A stretch of 32,000 bases of DNA from Pirellula staleyi DSM 6068 (lineage in GTDB: Bacteria; Planctomycetota; Planctomycetia; Pirellulales; Pirellulaceae), in the NCBI GenBank assembly GCA_000025185.1, contig CP001848.1, positions 4,230,001 through 4,262,000 of the forward strand, read 5' to 3'. Below, piece by piece: positions 1 to 9,514 of the stretch. The position numbers and the translations under genes are program-made. Position 1 is the stretch's first letter. The number at the start of each line of letters is the position of its first letter. The notes under the pieces are model-generated. The model searched no databases. It was not told the DNA's origin and saw only the letters and a list, made by a program, of their open reading frames with translations.

Positions 1-2030
1 AACTGCCAGGTGAAATCCTGAAGTCGCAAACGGAAACGACTGTGAGGGTTCGCATCCCAGCAGGGGGCGAGCAGCGAGTCGATTGGCGCTGCAACGTGCT
101 GGCGGAAGGTGAGGCCGTGGTTCGTATGAAGGCCCTCACCGACGTCGAGTCCGATGCAGTCGAGCAGAAGTTCCCCAGCTTCATTCACGGCATGCTCAAG
201 ACCGAATCTTGGGCAGGGACCGTTCCTGCAGGAACCGAATCGTCGAAGCTGAAGTTCAACGTTCCAGCGGAACGTCGCGTGGAAAACAGCGTGCTCGAAA
301 TTCGCTACTCCCCTTCCTTGGCGATGGCGATGGTCGACGCGCTTCCTTACCTCGCCGACTTCCCTTATGGCTGCACCGAGCAGACCCTCAACCGCTTCCT
401 GCCAGCGGTGATTACGCAGAAAACGCTGCTCGACATGCAGCTGAATCTGGCCGAAATTCGCGATAAACGGACCAACCTTAATGCTCAGGAGATCGGCGAC
501 GATCGCGACCGCGCGAAGCAGTGGAAGCGTTTTGATCGCAACCCCGTGTTCGATGAAGCTGAACTTAACCGCATGGTTAAGGAAGGTGTGAAAACTCTCA
601 CCGAGCAGCAAATCAGCGACGGTGGTTGGGGATGGTTCAGTGGTGCAGGAGAGCGTAGCTATCCGCACACCACAGCGGTGGTGGTGCACGGTTTGCAAAT
701 CGCTCGCAGCTGCGATGTGCCACTCGTACCTGGCATGCTCGAACGTGGGATCGACTGGCTCAAACGCTACCAAGCCGAAGAGTTGCAGAAGATCAAGAAC
801 TTCGAAGCCAAGACAAAGAACGTTCCTTGGAAGTCGCACCCCGATGCTTTGGATGCCTTCGTCTACATGATTCTGGTCGACGAAGCTTCGGATAATGCCG
901 AGATGCGTGATCTCCTCTATCGCGATCGCGTGCAACTTCCTGTTTATGCCAAAGCGATGCTCGGTATTGCTCTGGATAAACTGGATCGTGACGATGAAGT
1001 GAAGATGATCGTTCAGAACATCGATCAATTCCTAGTCGAAGATGCCGAGAACGAAACTGCTTACCTCCAGCTACCTCAGGACAACTACTGGTGGTGCTGG
1101 TATGGCAGCGAAGTGGAAGCGAACGCCTATTACCTGAAACTTCTCACGAAAGTCGACCCGAAGGGAGTTCGCGCTCGTCGTCTGGTGAAGTATCTGCTCA
1201 ATAACCGCAAGCATGCGACTTACTGGAGCAGCACTCGCGATACCGCGATTTGTGTCGAATCGTTTGCCGACTTTGTGAAGGCAAGCGGCGAACAAAAGCC
1301 CAGCATGACAGTGGAACTGTGGCTCGATGGTAAGAAGCAAAAGGAAGTAGAGATCAACGCCGAAAATCTCTTTACCTACGACAACAAGTTTGTTCTCACG
1401 GGCAAAGAAGTGACCGATGGTAGCCACGAAGTGGAAATCCGTCGTAAGGGTGAAGGGAACGTTTACTTCAACACTTACCTGACGAACTTCACCCTCGAAG
1501 ATCAGATCACCAAAGCTGGTCTCGAAGTGAAGGTCGAACGTAACTACTTCAAGCTGACCCCTGTTGATAAGAAGGTTCAGGTCGAAGGTGTGCGTGGCCA
1601 AGTGATCGACCAGAAGGTCGAGAAGTACGAACGCTCGCCACTAGCGAATCTCGATTCGCTCACCAGCGGCGATCTCGTTGAAGTGGAACTCGTCATCGAG
1701 AGCAAGAACGACTACGAATACTTGCTCTTCGAGGACATGAAAGCGGCCGGTTTCGAGCCGGTTGATGTTCGGAGTGGATATCAAGGTGGCATGGGAGCGT
1801 ACATGGAGCTTCGCGATAACCGCGTGGCCTTCTTTGTGCGAGCTTTGGCCCGAGGTAAGCACTCGATCTCCTACCGCTTACGAGCCGAGATTCCTGGTAA
1901 GTTCAGCGCTCTGCCTACCAAGGCTTCGGCGATGTACGCACCCGAGCTGAAGGCCAATAGCGATGAGATCAAACTCAACATTGTCGACCAGCCAGCCAAA
2001 GATGCTGCAAAACCAGCAGTCGTGAACTAA
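1..2030 (+). CDS. alpha-2-macroglobulin family thioester protein, C-terminal portion (5' end upstream of window)
   Basis: The frame of the 42..2030 ORF stays open back to nt 3, so the gene is truncated by the window edge. It has the canonical thioester motif G-C-T-E-Q (Cys codon nt 372-374, context FPYGCTEQTLNRF). The helical TED-like region (ISDGGWGWF, YWWCWYGSEVEANAYYL) and beta-rich C-terminal domain are typical of bacterial A2M. The TAA stop at 2028-2030 is followed by a strong terminator. Confidence 0.85.
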   Translation, partial: LPGEILKSQTETTVRVRIPAGGEQRVDWRCNVLAEGEAVVRMKALTDVESDAVEQKFPSFIHGMLKTESWAGTVPAGTESSKLKFNVPAERRVENSVLEIRYSPSLAMAMVDALPYLADFPYGCTEQTLNRFLPAVITQKTLLDMQLNLAEIRDKRTNLNAQEIGDDRDRAKQWKRFDRNPVFDEAELNRMVKEGVKTLTEQQISDGGWGWFSGAGERSYPHTTAVVVHGLQIARSCDVPLVPGMLERGIDWLKRYQAEELQKIKNFEAKTKNVPWKSHPDALDAFVYMILVDEASDNAEMRDLLYRDRVQLPVYAKAMLGIALDKLDRDDEVKMIVQNIDQFLVEDAENETAYLQLPQDNYWWCWYGSEVEANAYYLKLLTKVDPKGVRARRLVKYLLNNRKHATYWSSTRDTAICVESFADFVKASGEQKPSMTVELWLDGKKQKEVEINAENLFTYDNKFVLTGKEVTDGSHEVEIRRKGEGNVYFNTYLTNFTLEDQITKAGLEVKVERNYFKLTPVDKKVQVEGVRGQVIDQKVEKYERSPLANLDSLTSGDLVEVELVIESKNDYEYLLFEDMKAAGFEPVDVRSGYQGGMGAYMELRDNRVAFFVRALARGKHSISYRLRAEIPGKFSALPTKASAMYAPELKANSDEIKLNIVDQPAKDAAKPAVVN

Positions 2031-2071
2031 AGCGATCAGGGATCAACCCAATCGATGGAGCGAAGATTTGT

Positions 2072-2116
2072 GAATCGCTACTCCGGCCCCACTGCTGCAG
2101 TAGCGATTCTTTTTTT
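2072..2116 (+). terminator. rho-independent terminator downstream of the A2M gene
   Basis: Perfect 10-bp stem: GAATCGCTAC (2072-2081) pairs with GTAGCGATTC (2100-2109). The loop is 18 nt and a run of 7 T follows (2110-2116). The opposite strand has no T-tract, so it is functionally + oriented. Confidence 0.75.
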
Positions 2117-2142
2117 GCGCTACGTTTAACAAGCGAGTGAAT

Positions 2143-3012
2143 CTACTTCTTCGTCTCGAGCATTTTGTCCATCAGCGACATCACGACCCCGCGATAGATC
2201 CGCTCGAGCAGCGGGTTCTCTTTGATCAGGGCGAACACTCGGTGCAGCTGTTCTCCCTCTTCCGCCGTGAGATCCGTTTCGAATTGGCGACCAGCACTAT
2301 CAACGAGGACCATTTTGTAAGTGACGGTCCCATCGTCGGCTGTTGCCATCGTCACATCGTGCAGCTGCGCGGAATCGGGATCGAATTCTCCCGCAACAGG
2401 TTCCTCCGCAGGCTTTGTCGCGCGCGGTTTTGTTCCCATCCATTTCTGAAAACCTTGGACGAGTTGATCGACCGACTCCTGGTCGCTCACGGCATTGAGT
2501 GTGCCGGTCAGATCTTCGAGGCGCTCGAGGTTTTCTTCAGCCGACCGCTGTTCGCTTTCACGAATCGCTCGCATCAGGCTCTCAGAGATCAGGTTCCCCT
2601 CTCCGCTGTCGCTAGCTGGTGGCGGTTCGTCTCCCAGTGTCTCAGCCAGTTTTCCCAGCCGCTCGTCGCTCGCCAGTTCCGCAATCTCTCCAAGTTCGAA
2701 GGCATGCTGCCGAATCCAGGCGGCATCGTCATTTCCGAGAGTCATCTCGGCAACAGCGTGTGGCGGTTCACTGGTGCTCGCTGTGAGCTCAATTGTCTTG
2801 TGGGTATTGCCAGCAGGGGGTTCCACGAGTTCGGGGACAATGCCGAGCAACTCACCGATCACCCAGCCAGCAGCGCAAGCATGCAGCATCGTGCTGGCGC
2901 GAAATCCGCGTCGCCAGGTCGACTTTGCAGGTTGGCGCCAAAAGTTCCACATGGTGAAGAATCGGTCGAGTGGCAGCGTGGTTGCGTCCCCGCTTCGCGC
3001 GGGCAATGGCAT
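2143..3012 (-). CDS. hypothetical protein (acidic, one N-proximal hydrophobic segment)
   Basis: 289-aa ORF with protein-like composition (E/D/L/A/T-rich). The mirror ORF 2137..3015 on the + strand is R/F/H/C-rich, as expected for an antisense frame. Hydrophobic stretch ACAAGWVIGELLGIV. No family recognised. The start is uncertain: ATG at 3012, or internal ATGs at 2952 and 2889. Confidence 0.55.
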   Translation of the reverse strand: MPLPARSGDATTLPLDRFFTMWNFWRQPAKSTWRRGFRASTMLHACAAGWVIGELLGIVPELVEPPAGNTHKTIELTASTSEPPHAVAEMTLGNDDAAWIRQHAFELGEIAELASDERLGKLAETLGDEPPPASDSGEGNLISESLMRAIRESEQRSAEENLERLEDLTGTLNAVSDQESVDQLVQGFQKWMGTKPRATKPAEEPVAGEFDPDSAQLHDVTMATADDGTVTYKMVLVDSAGRQFETDLTAEEGEQLHRVFALIKENPLLERIYRGVVMSLMDKMLETKK

Positions 3013-3289
3013 TAGTCTATCCGGCAGGAGGCTCGGTTGCCAAAGTCAGCTGAAGTGTTAGCAGTGACTTTCCAATAGGAACGACCGTAAAAGACTCCCA
3101 AAAACGGCGTAAAAATCGCTTGCTAGCTGCTGTTTGCTGGCGGAGTGTCGCTCGGGAATCTCTCGATAAAAACCGATGTTGCAAGCAGGCGGCTGATCGT
3201 CGATCATCCTGGCTCTGGGCAGGCCCGTTTACCAACGACAGCTTGGCCCCACGATGCACTTCACTCGCACGGAGGCGAGCGCTAGAGTC

Positions 3290-5227
3290 ATGCAGCATTT
3301 CGTTCGGGCACTTCGCGACGCCTTGCCCTACTGGAAATACTTGGCCATTTCGCTCCTCTGCAGCGTCGGCGTTGCCAGTTTGTGGAGCGCCAATATTGCC
3401 ACCCTCTTCCCGATTTTGGAAGTGACTCTGCACGGGGAATCGCTGCAAAACTGGAATGCACGGCGACTGACCGAATCGAAAGCCGCGGCCGTTCAGCTGC
3501 AGCTTGAACTCGATCAACTCGAGGCAAGTACGCCACCCGCCGATCGCAAGGCTGATTACCACTTTCGGCGCGACCTTCTCGCGACGCAAAAGCGCGCTGA
3601 AGAGGCCCGCGCGATGTCGGCCCAGTGGCTAGGTCCGATCATCAATCGTTGGCTTCCCACGAGCCCGTTCGGAACCGTGGCGCTATTGATTGGCATTATC
3701 GTAGCCAGCACATTTTTAAAGCAGGTGCTGCTCGTCTCTAGCACTTTGCTGGTTAGCTATGTATCGAACCGGATTGTGAATCGAATTCGTCAAAAGATCT
3801 TCGATAAGGCGATGCGGCTCGATCGCGCCAGCTATTTGCAAATCGGTACGAGTGGTTTCATGTCGCAAATCACGCATGCGACCGAGATGCTCACCTCGGG
3901 CATCACGAGTGTTTACGGCGGTGCTGTTTCCGAGCCACTCAAAATCATCGCTTGCTTGCTTGGGGCGTGGTGTATTTCCTGGCGATTGACCCTGTTTTCG
4001 CTCATTCTGGCACCAATTGTGGCTGTGCTGGTGCTGTATCTCAACCGGCAGATTCGCAATATCAGCCGCACGATGCTGCAGCGCTCGAAGGGCTTTCATC
4101 ACGTGTTGCTTGAAGCTCTCAGCAGCATGCTCACCGTACAAGCGTATGGCCGTGAGGATTTTGAGCGCGATCGATTTAAGCTCACCACGCGCGAAATGAT
4201 GGGCTACGCCATGCGTTCGGCGTTCTTCAATTCGCTGGCAGGGCCCGTTACGGAATTGCTCGGGCTGAGCATGATCGCGATTTCGCTCCTGGTAGGTGGC
4301 TACCTCGTGATCAATCAGGAGACGCATATTTTTCACATTCGCATGTCGGATACGCCGCTGAGCATTTCGCAAATGATGGTGTTCTTCGGCATGCTCATCG
4401 GGGCTAGTGATCCGATTCGCAAACTGTCGGGGGTGATTTCGGGGGTCAACACGGGAACCGTTGCCGCTTCGATGATCTACCCACTGCTCGATCGCGAATC
4501 GCTGATTGTGGAGGCTAAACACCCACAAACCGTGGCGCGTCCACATGGACTGCTCGAATTCAAAAACATCACGTTTGGCTACGATCCAGCCGACCCGATT
4601 CTCAAGGGGATTGACCTCACAATTCCGTTCGGTGAAAAGCTGGCGATTGTGGGGCCCAATGGTGGTGGAAAGAGTACGCTCATCAGCTTGCTGTGTCGTT
4701 TCTACGATCCTCAGCAAGGGAAGGTGCTGCTCGACGGCACGCCACTCACTGAAATGGCCCTCGAAGACCTGCGTGGGCGTTTAGCGCTTGTTTCGCAGCA
4801 AACGGAACTATTTAACGACTCGGTGATGTACAACATTCGCTACGGTCGTCTCGACGCCACCGATGCCGAGGTAGTGGAGGCTGCTCGCAAGGCTCACGCG
4901 CATGAATTTATCAGCGCCATGTCGGGGGGCTATCAAACGGTCGTGGGCCAAAATGGCCAGCGGCTGAGTGGTGGGCAGCGTCAGCGGATTGCGCTCGCTC
5001 GCGCGATTCTTCGCGATCCCGAAATCTTGATCCTGGATGAGGCGACGAGCCAGATCGATGTGGCGAGCGAAAGCTTGATTCACGACACTTTGGCTGAGTT
5101 TGGCCGGTCGCGCACGGTGATCATGATCACCCATCGCGAAAGCACACTCGATCTTGCCGACCGGATTATCGAAGTCTCGCGCGGCACGATTCGCGAGACC
5201 GACGCCCTCGTCCGTCCCGCCGCCTAA
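3290..5227 (+). CDS. ABC exporter, fused transmembrane + ATP-binding domains (MsbA/type I exporter-like)
   Basis: Walker A GPNGGGKST, ABC signature LSGGQRQRIALARA, Walker B ILILDEATS and an H-loop (ITHR) are present, with an N-terminal 6-TM-like region. The ATG at 3290 (MQHFVRALRDALPYWKY) is preferred because GGAGG lies at 3271-3275. An alternative ATG sits at 3254. Confidence 0.9.
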   Translation: MQHFVRALRDALPYWKYLAISLLCSVGVASLWSANIATLFPILEVTLHGESLQNWNARRLTESKAAAVQLQLELDQLEASTPPADRKADYHFRRDLLATQKRAEEARAMSAQWLGPIINRWLPTSPFGTVALLIGIIVASTFLKQVLLVSSTLLVSYVSNRIVNRIRQKIFDKAMRLDRASYLQIGTSGFMSQITHATEMLTSGITSVYGGAVSEPLKIIACLLGAWCISWRLTLFSLILAPIVAVLVLYLNRQIRNISRTMLQRSKGFHHVLLEALSSMLTVQAYGREDFERDRFKLTTREMMGYAMRSAFFNSLAGPVTELLGLSMIAISLLVGGYLVINQETHIFHIRMSDTPLSISQMMVFFGMLIGASDPIRKLSGVISGVNTGTVAASMIYPLLDRESLIVEAKHPQTVARPHGLLEFKNITFGYDPADPILKGIDLTIPFGEKLAIVGPNGGGKSTLISLLCRFYDPQQGKVLLDGTPLTEMALEDLRGRLALVSQQTELFNDSVMYNIRYGRLDATDAEVVEAARKAHAHEFISAMSGGYQTVVGQNGQRLSGGQRQRIALARAILRDPEILILDEATSQIDVASESLIHDTLAEFGRSRTVIMITHRESTLDLADRIIEVSRGTIRETDALVRPAA

Positions 5228-5523
5228 AGCCAGCATCTATCGGCCGCATTGGCTCGTTTCGTGCGGCTGATGTGCTCTGCCCCGTGCCACCTCAGAGATC
5301 GCAGGGGCATCTGCGATTCTTCGCTGAATCACTGCTTGCCAATTTATCGCCAAGAGTGGACTTATACAGCTTCAAACAATCTCTTGCTCAGGCGCGTGCT
5401 GCTACCGCTTGGAAATCTACGTCTCCGCAGGGCGAGTGTTGCGCTGGTCGAGACTTAGGGCGTCGCAACGAACGAGTTTGGAATGAGGCATAGCGGCGAG
5501 CTTAATAGTCAGAGCTACTTGCC

Positions 5524-6624
5524 TTAAGCGGCACCACGGAAGAGTGATTGTGCCGACTTGCGTACCGAGCGAATCTGCTGACGGACATAGTCTCGCAGTT
5601 CGCGAAATTTGCGGCGGTAGTAGGGCTTCGGTTTTTTCGGTGGAACATGGACAACACCAGCAACGGGCTCATATTCTTGCCAGACCGGTTTGGTGTTGGC
5701 CCAGATGGATCCCTCGAGGTATTGATAAAACTCTTCCGACCGAGGATGGATGCACTCCGCTTGCCAGGGTTTGCGGTAGGTGAAGTGCGAGATGTACGGA
5801 TCGTTGCGATAGAGATCAAAAGCCTCTTTCGAGAAAATCGTGTTCTCGTGCGATGAGAATCGCAGGGGATAGGCGATTTGGTTCCAGCGGTGATCGGCTT
5901 GCTTCCAGCGCTGCGAGAGAACGACATTCAGAGCGTACTGATCCCAGTACGTCACATGCTCGCGATAATCGCTGAGGACTTTCAGCATCCTCTCGGCCAG
6001 TTGTTCCCGACGCCAGAGGTCGAGATCAATCATCATCACGCCACCATTGAGGTAGGGTGCGTGTGGATGGAGGCCAAGTTCGCGATAGTTCGGGATCGGA
6101 TTGGCGTTAGCAATGCATCCGCGCAGCGAGGGCTGCTGCTCGATTAGTTGGGTTGAGTCGACAAACGGCGCACCGGAATCTTGGATCGCTACACAGGGAG
6201 CACCATCAAACGGGGTGTTCCAAAGCTTGGTGAGGTCGCCGCGAATCAGCAGATCGGAGTCGAGGTAGATGAACTTTCCGATGTCGCGCGACAAAATCTC
6301 GGGAGTTAGCAACCGATAGTAAGTTGCATCGGTCACATGGTGCGAAATAACAAACTGGCTCACCAATTTGCGATCAACCGAGACGAAGTGGAGCGTCAGC
6401 CGCGGGTCGCTCAAGTGCCGGGAGATTTCGGCCTTGTTCTCGTCGGTAATGCCGCCGTCGAGAACCCATAGGTCGACACTTGAATCAGCGGCAAGATTGG
6501 TTAGCGCCGATTTAAATGTTCCTGCCAGACCGATCGCGAAATTATTGTCCGATGATGTGACAAGCTGGATCGAGGTTGGCATGTTTTGAGTTGGGTGAGT
6601 GGAACGATCCATCGTCCAAGACAT
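5524..6624 (-). CDS. glycosyltransferase family 8 (LPS/glycan alpha-glycosyltransferase-like), paralog 1
   Basis: GT8 hallmarks: AYYRLL-type motif (TYYRLLTPEIL), DxD motif YLDSDLL, NGGVMMIDL, HFTYRKPW. Clearly paralogous to the next gene. The start may instead be the internal ATG at 6582, where MPTSIQLV aligns with the paralog's N-terminus. Confidence 0.85.
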   Translation of the reverse strand: MSWTMDRSTHPTQNMPTSIQLVTSSDNNFAIGLAGTFKSALTNLAADSSVDLWVLDGGITDENKAEISRHLSDPRLTLHFVSVDRKLVSQFVISHHVTDATYYRLLTPEILSRDIGKFIYLDSDLLIRGDLTKLWNTPFDGAPCVAIQDSGAPFVDSTQLIEQQPSLRGCIANANPIPNYRELGLHPHAPYLNGGVMMIDLDLWRREQLAERMLKVLSDYREHVTYWDQYALNVVLSQRWKQADHRWNQIAYPLRFSSHENTIFSKEAFDLYRNDPYISHFTYRKPWQAECIHPRSEEFYQYLEGSIWANTKPVWQEYEPVAGVVHVPPKKPKPYYRRKFRELRDYVRQQIRSVRKSAQSLFRGAA

Positions 6625-6707
6625 CCCGCAAGTCGACGGTCCAGAAGACCGATTTGCGAGAGGGAAAGATAGCAGGATCGTTCTTCAGCGTCTACGCCGA
6701 AAACCCG

Positions 6708-7760
6708 TTACGCCGCTCTACGAAATACCTGCGAAGTCACCGCGCCGAGCGAATCGATTCGTTTTCGAATCGAACGCTGCATCCGGCCCAAAAGTCCCTG
6801 CCGCTGGCGTGCCGCTGGAGGAGCAGGGGGCGCGACAATTGGCTGCTGTGGAGGATGCCATTCGGGCATCGCCTGCATCCACTTGCTTCCCGCCAAATAG
6901 TCGAAAAAACGCTTCCGCAGCGGGTGCTGACACTCCGGCTGCCACGGTTTGCGGTAAGTAAAATGCACGACCCACGGGGAATGCTTGTACTGCTGAAAAA
7001 CTTGCGGCTCAAGAAAGGTGTGCTGTGGAACCTTAAGTTCGTGAATATAGGCAAGTTGGTTCCAGCGATAGTCGGCCGCCTTCCAGCGGTTGGCAAGCAC
7101 GATGTTCAGCGCAAACTGGTCGTGGTAGATCTGTCGCTCGCGATGCGTGCATAGGACATCGAACATCTGCACCGAAAGTTGCTCGCTCCGCCACGTTTCG
7201 AGGTCGATCATGAAGACTCCGCTATTGAAATAGCGGGTCTCGGGAGCCAGGCCGAGTTCCTCGAACATCGGAATTGGATTGCGGCAGACAATACGGCTGA
7301 GTGCGTCGGGTTTCTCTAGCAGAATTTGGTTGCTATCGAGAAACGGAGCACCAATATCGTGCACGGCAATGCAAGAGTGGCCGTCGAAAGGTTCGTCCCA
7401 AAGGTCGGTCAGATCGCGCTGAACCAGGAGGTCGGCATCGATGTAGAGGAGCTTCTTAACCGATGAGGGGAGCAGATTCGGGGCGAGCAGTCGGTAGTAA
7501 GCGGCGTCCGACATGTGCGGCGCTACTTTAAACTCAGCTAGAAGCGCCCTGTCGACCGGCAGCCAGTTGACCGAAAGCCGTGGATCGTTCCAGTGGTGGA
7601 TCAGATCGTCGCGATTCTCCGAGGAAATACCCCCATCGAGCACCCAAAGATTGAGTTTGCTGGAGGGAGACAAGCTCGCCAGCACCGATTTAATCGTGCC
7701 GGCGAGTCCAATTGCGAAACGATCGTCTGCCGATGTCAAAACGTCGAGCACCCGCTGCAT
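6708..7760 (-). CDS. glycosyltransferase family 8, paralog 2
   Basis: AYYRLLAPNLL, YIDADLL (DxD), NSGVFMIDL, HFTYRKPW. Collinear with 5524..6624 along its whole length, including a basic C-terminal tail ending in RRAA / RGAA. Confidence 0.85.
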   Translation of the reverse strand: MQRVLDVLTSADDRFAIGLAGTIKSVLASLSPSSKLNLWVLDGGISSENRDDLIHHWNDPRLSVNWLPVDRALLAEFKVAPHMSDAAYYRLLAPNLLPSSVKKLLYIDADLLVQRDLTDLWDEPFDGHSCIAVHDIGAPFLDSNQILLEKPDALSRIVCRNPIPMFEELGLAPETRYFNSGVFMIDLETWRSEQLSVQMFDVLCTHRERQIYHDQFALNIVLANRWKAADYRWNQLAYIHELKVPQHTFLEPQVFQQYKHSPWVVHFTYRKPWQPECQHPLRKRFFDYLAGSKWMQAMPEWHPPQQPIVAPPAPPAARQRQGLLGRMQRSIRKRIDSLGAVTSQVFRRAA

Positions 7761-7852
7761 GGCACCACTCAGTGAATGAGGTGTTTGGGCCTAATCTCCT
7801 TTGGCCTACCAGGGGGGGTGAATGTCGTATCGGCACGATCGTTACAAATGGA

Positions 7853-9514
7853 TTACTTTTTCGGCAGGAGTGACTTCAAATAGCCTGCTAGCGACTTTGC
7901 CAAGAGGTCGACGCGATGCTTTTGAAGCTTCCATGCCTCCAGTCGAAGTTGTGCTAGCTGGCGATCCAGTTCGCGGGATTTATTTCCTCGCTCCTGGCGT
8001 CGTCGCAGGTTCACTGCAGAAATATACTTCGCAGCAACTTGCTTGCGTCGCTTTGCTCGTCCCTGAGGAAAAATGTTGATATGTGATTTGCATACGCCAG
8101 CACTAGAGGCTGCGCAATCGGCGATTCGGCTGGTGGCAGCCGTTTCGACCCCTTTGCGATATCGCGAAGTTACCTTGGGGGAATACGAAAACTTCTTTCC
8201 TTTTTGAACACATCGGAGCCAATAATCGAGATCCTCCGCCCACTTAAGGGACGTGGAGAAGCCGCCAACGTCACGAACGACGCTCATTTTGGCGACAACA
8301 CCCGAGGGCTGCATGAGTGTCCGGCTGAAGAGTGAATCAGGAAAGTCGGCTAGTTCTTCGCTCGTCGGGCCCCAGTTTCCCATCGATTGATTGGTTTTGG
8401 TATCGAACATCTCCACAGGTCCGTACGCGATGTCGCAGCCGCTGCGAGTCAGTTGTTCGATGCGGGCTTCTAGGTGCGTTGGGTCCCAGCGATCATCCGC
8501 ATCTAAAAATGCAATCAGGTCGCCTTGGCAGAGTGTGAAGGCGTGATTGCGAGCAGCGCTTACGCCACGATTTTCTGGAAAGCGTTCATAGACTACGCGA
8601 TGGTTGGGGTTGCGGCGCTGAAAATCTTCTACCAGTTGCTGGGTACCATCGTTGGTGCCATCTTCAATAACAATAACTTCCCAGCTCTTGTAAGTTTGAA
8701 TCTCAATGTCAGCGAGCGCTTCGCCAATATAAGGAGCGGCGTTATAAGCAGGGATGACAATCGATGCGGTTTCGAGTTTGATATCTTGGCCACTGGGGGT
8801 TTTGCTGACTGCCGCAGGTGCTGCGAAAGTCTTGTTTTCCTTGGAAGGGAGTACCCAAACTGTGCCACCCAGTTCAGCGGGGCCACCAAACTCGTTCACT
8901 ACCTCCACGACACCTGGAAATTGCTCGCAGTAATCGTGGCCTGAGATGATCTTGGCGCCGATGTCTTGGGCCCAAAGGATATCTTTTTTGGTTTCGGTGT
9001 AATCGTGAATGGCATCGAGAAACACCATGGAGGGGGCGGGGCCCTTATAAGTTCGAAAGAACTCATTTTTGTCCATGCGAATCTGCTCGACATGGCCCGC
9101 CTCGATAAGGTAGCGAAGCATCTGGCGTGTGAGCGTAAAGTGGGCGTCGGGGGTGATTCCCCAGGGGTTCCAGCAATACAAGTCGACCGTGATGATCTTT
9201 TGCTCGGGGGCTTTGTGGAGCGCAAGTGTCGTAGTGGTGTTACCCAGCAGCGTGCCGACTTCAATGATCGGACCCGGGTACTGCTGGGATTGCCGCACCA
9301 GTTTTTGGAGTAGCGGAACCTCATTGGCTCTGAGTGTTGCAAGGCTCAGGTCGGCGGGGGTGCGAATCCCTTGAGGACGCGGTTGTGAGTTGGGGTGTCC
9401 GCTGCCACGAGCAAGCTGAGAGTATTTAAGTGGCCGGCCGCGAAGAACGCGCACAGCATCGCGAATGTTCGAGAAGAGGGTAGTACTCGATTTCGACGAA
9501 CTGGCGATCGACAT
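7853..9514 (-). CDS. bifunctional class I SAM-methyltransferase-like (N-terminal) / GT2 glycosyltransferase (C-terminal) fusion
   Basis: The N-terminal half has IIEVGTLLGNTT (glycine-rich SAM loop-like), VFLDAIHDY and ISGHDY, a pattern seen in Methyltransf_24-type enzymes. The C-terminal half has SIVIPAYNAAPYIGEAL, VIVIEDGTNDGT, NRGVSAARN and FLDADD, the classic GT-A/GT2 motifs. Confidence 0.8.
   Translation of the reverse strand: MSIASSSKSSTTLFSNIRDAVRVLRGRPLKYSQLARGSGHPNSQPRPQGIRTPADLSLATLRANEVPLLQKLVRQSQQYPGPIIEVGTLLGNTTTTLALHKAPEQKIITVDLYCWNPWGITPDAHFTLTRQMLRYLIEAGHVEQIRMDKNEFFRTYKGPAPSMVFLDAIHDYTETKKDILWAQDIGAKIISGHDYCEQFPGVVEVVNEFGGPAELGGTVWVLPSKENKTFAAPAAVSKTPSGQDIKLETASIVIPAYNAAPYIGEALADIEIQTYKSWEVIVIEDGTNDGTQQLVEDFQRRNPNHRVVYERFPENRGVSAARNHAFTLCQGDLIAFLDADDRWDPTHLEARIEQLTRSGCDIAYGPVEMFDTKTNQSMGNWGPTSEELADFPDSLFSRTLMQPSGVVAKMSVVRDVGGFSTSLKWAEDLDYWLRCVQKGKKFSYSPKVTSRYRKGVETAATSRIADCAASSAGVCKSHINIFPQGRAKRRKQVAAKYISAVNLRRRQERGNKSRELDRQLAQLRLEAWKLQKHRVDLLAKSLAGYLKSLLPKK

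Noticed and set aside
2137-3015. 292-aa plus-strand ORF mirroring the 2143..3012 minus-strand ORF almost exactly.
   Set aside because: Its composition (many R, F, H, C) looks like an antisense translation, whereas the minus-strand product is protein-like. The A2M terminator at 2072-2116 sits immediately upstream and no start signals are present. The strand choice still rests only on composition.
3017-3589. 190-aa minus-strand ORF spanning the divergent promoter region and the start of the ABC exporter.
   Set aside because: It overlaps the well-supported ABC gene in antisense and its composition is not protein-like.
5249-5493. Two overlapping 69-73 aa plus-strand ORFs in the gap between the convergent ABC exporter and GT8 genes.
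   Set aside because: There is no SD and no motifs, and the sequence is Cys/Arg-rich. They sit in a convergent-terminator gap and are most likely non-coding.
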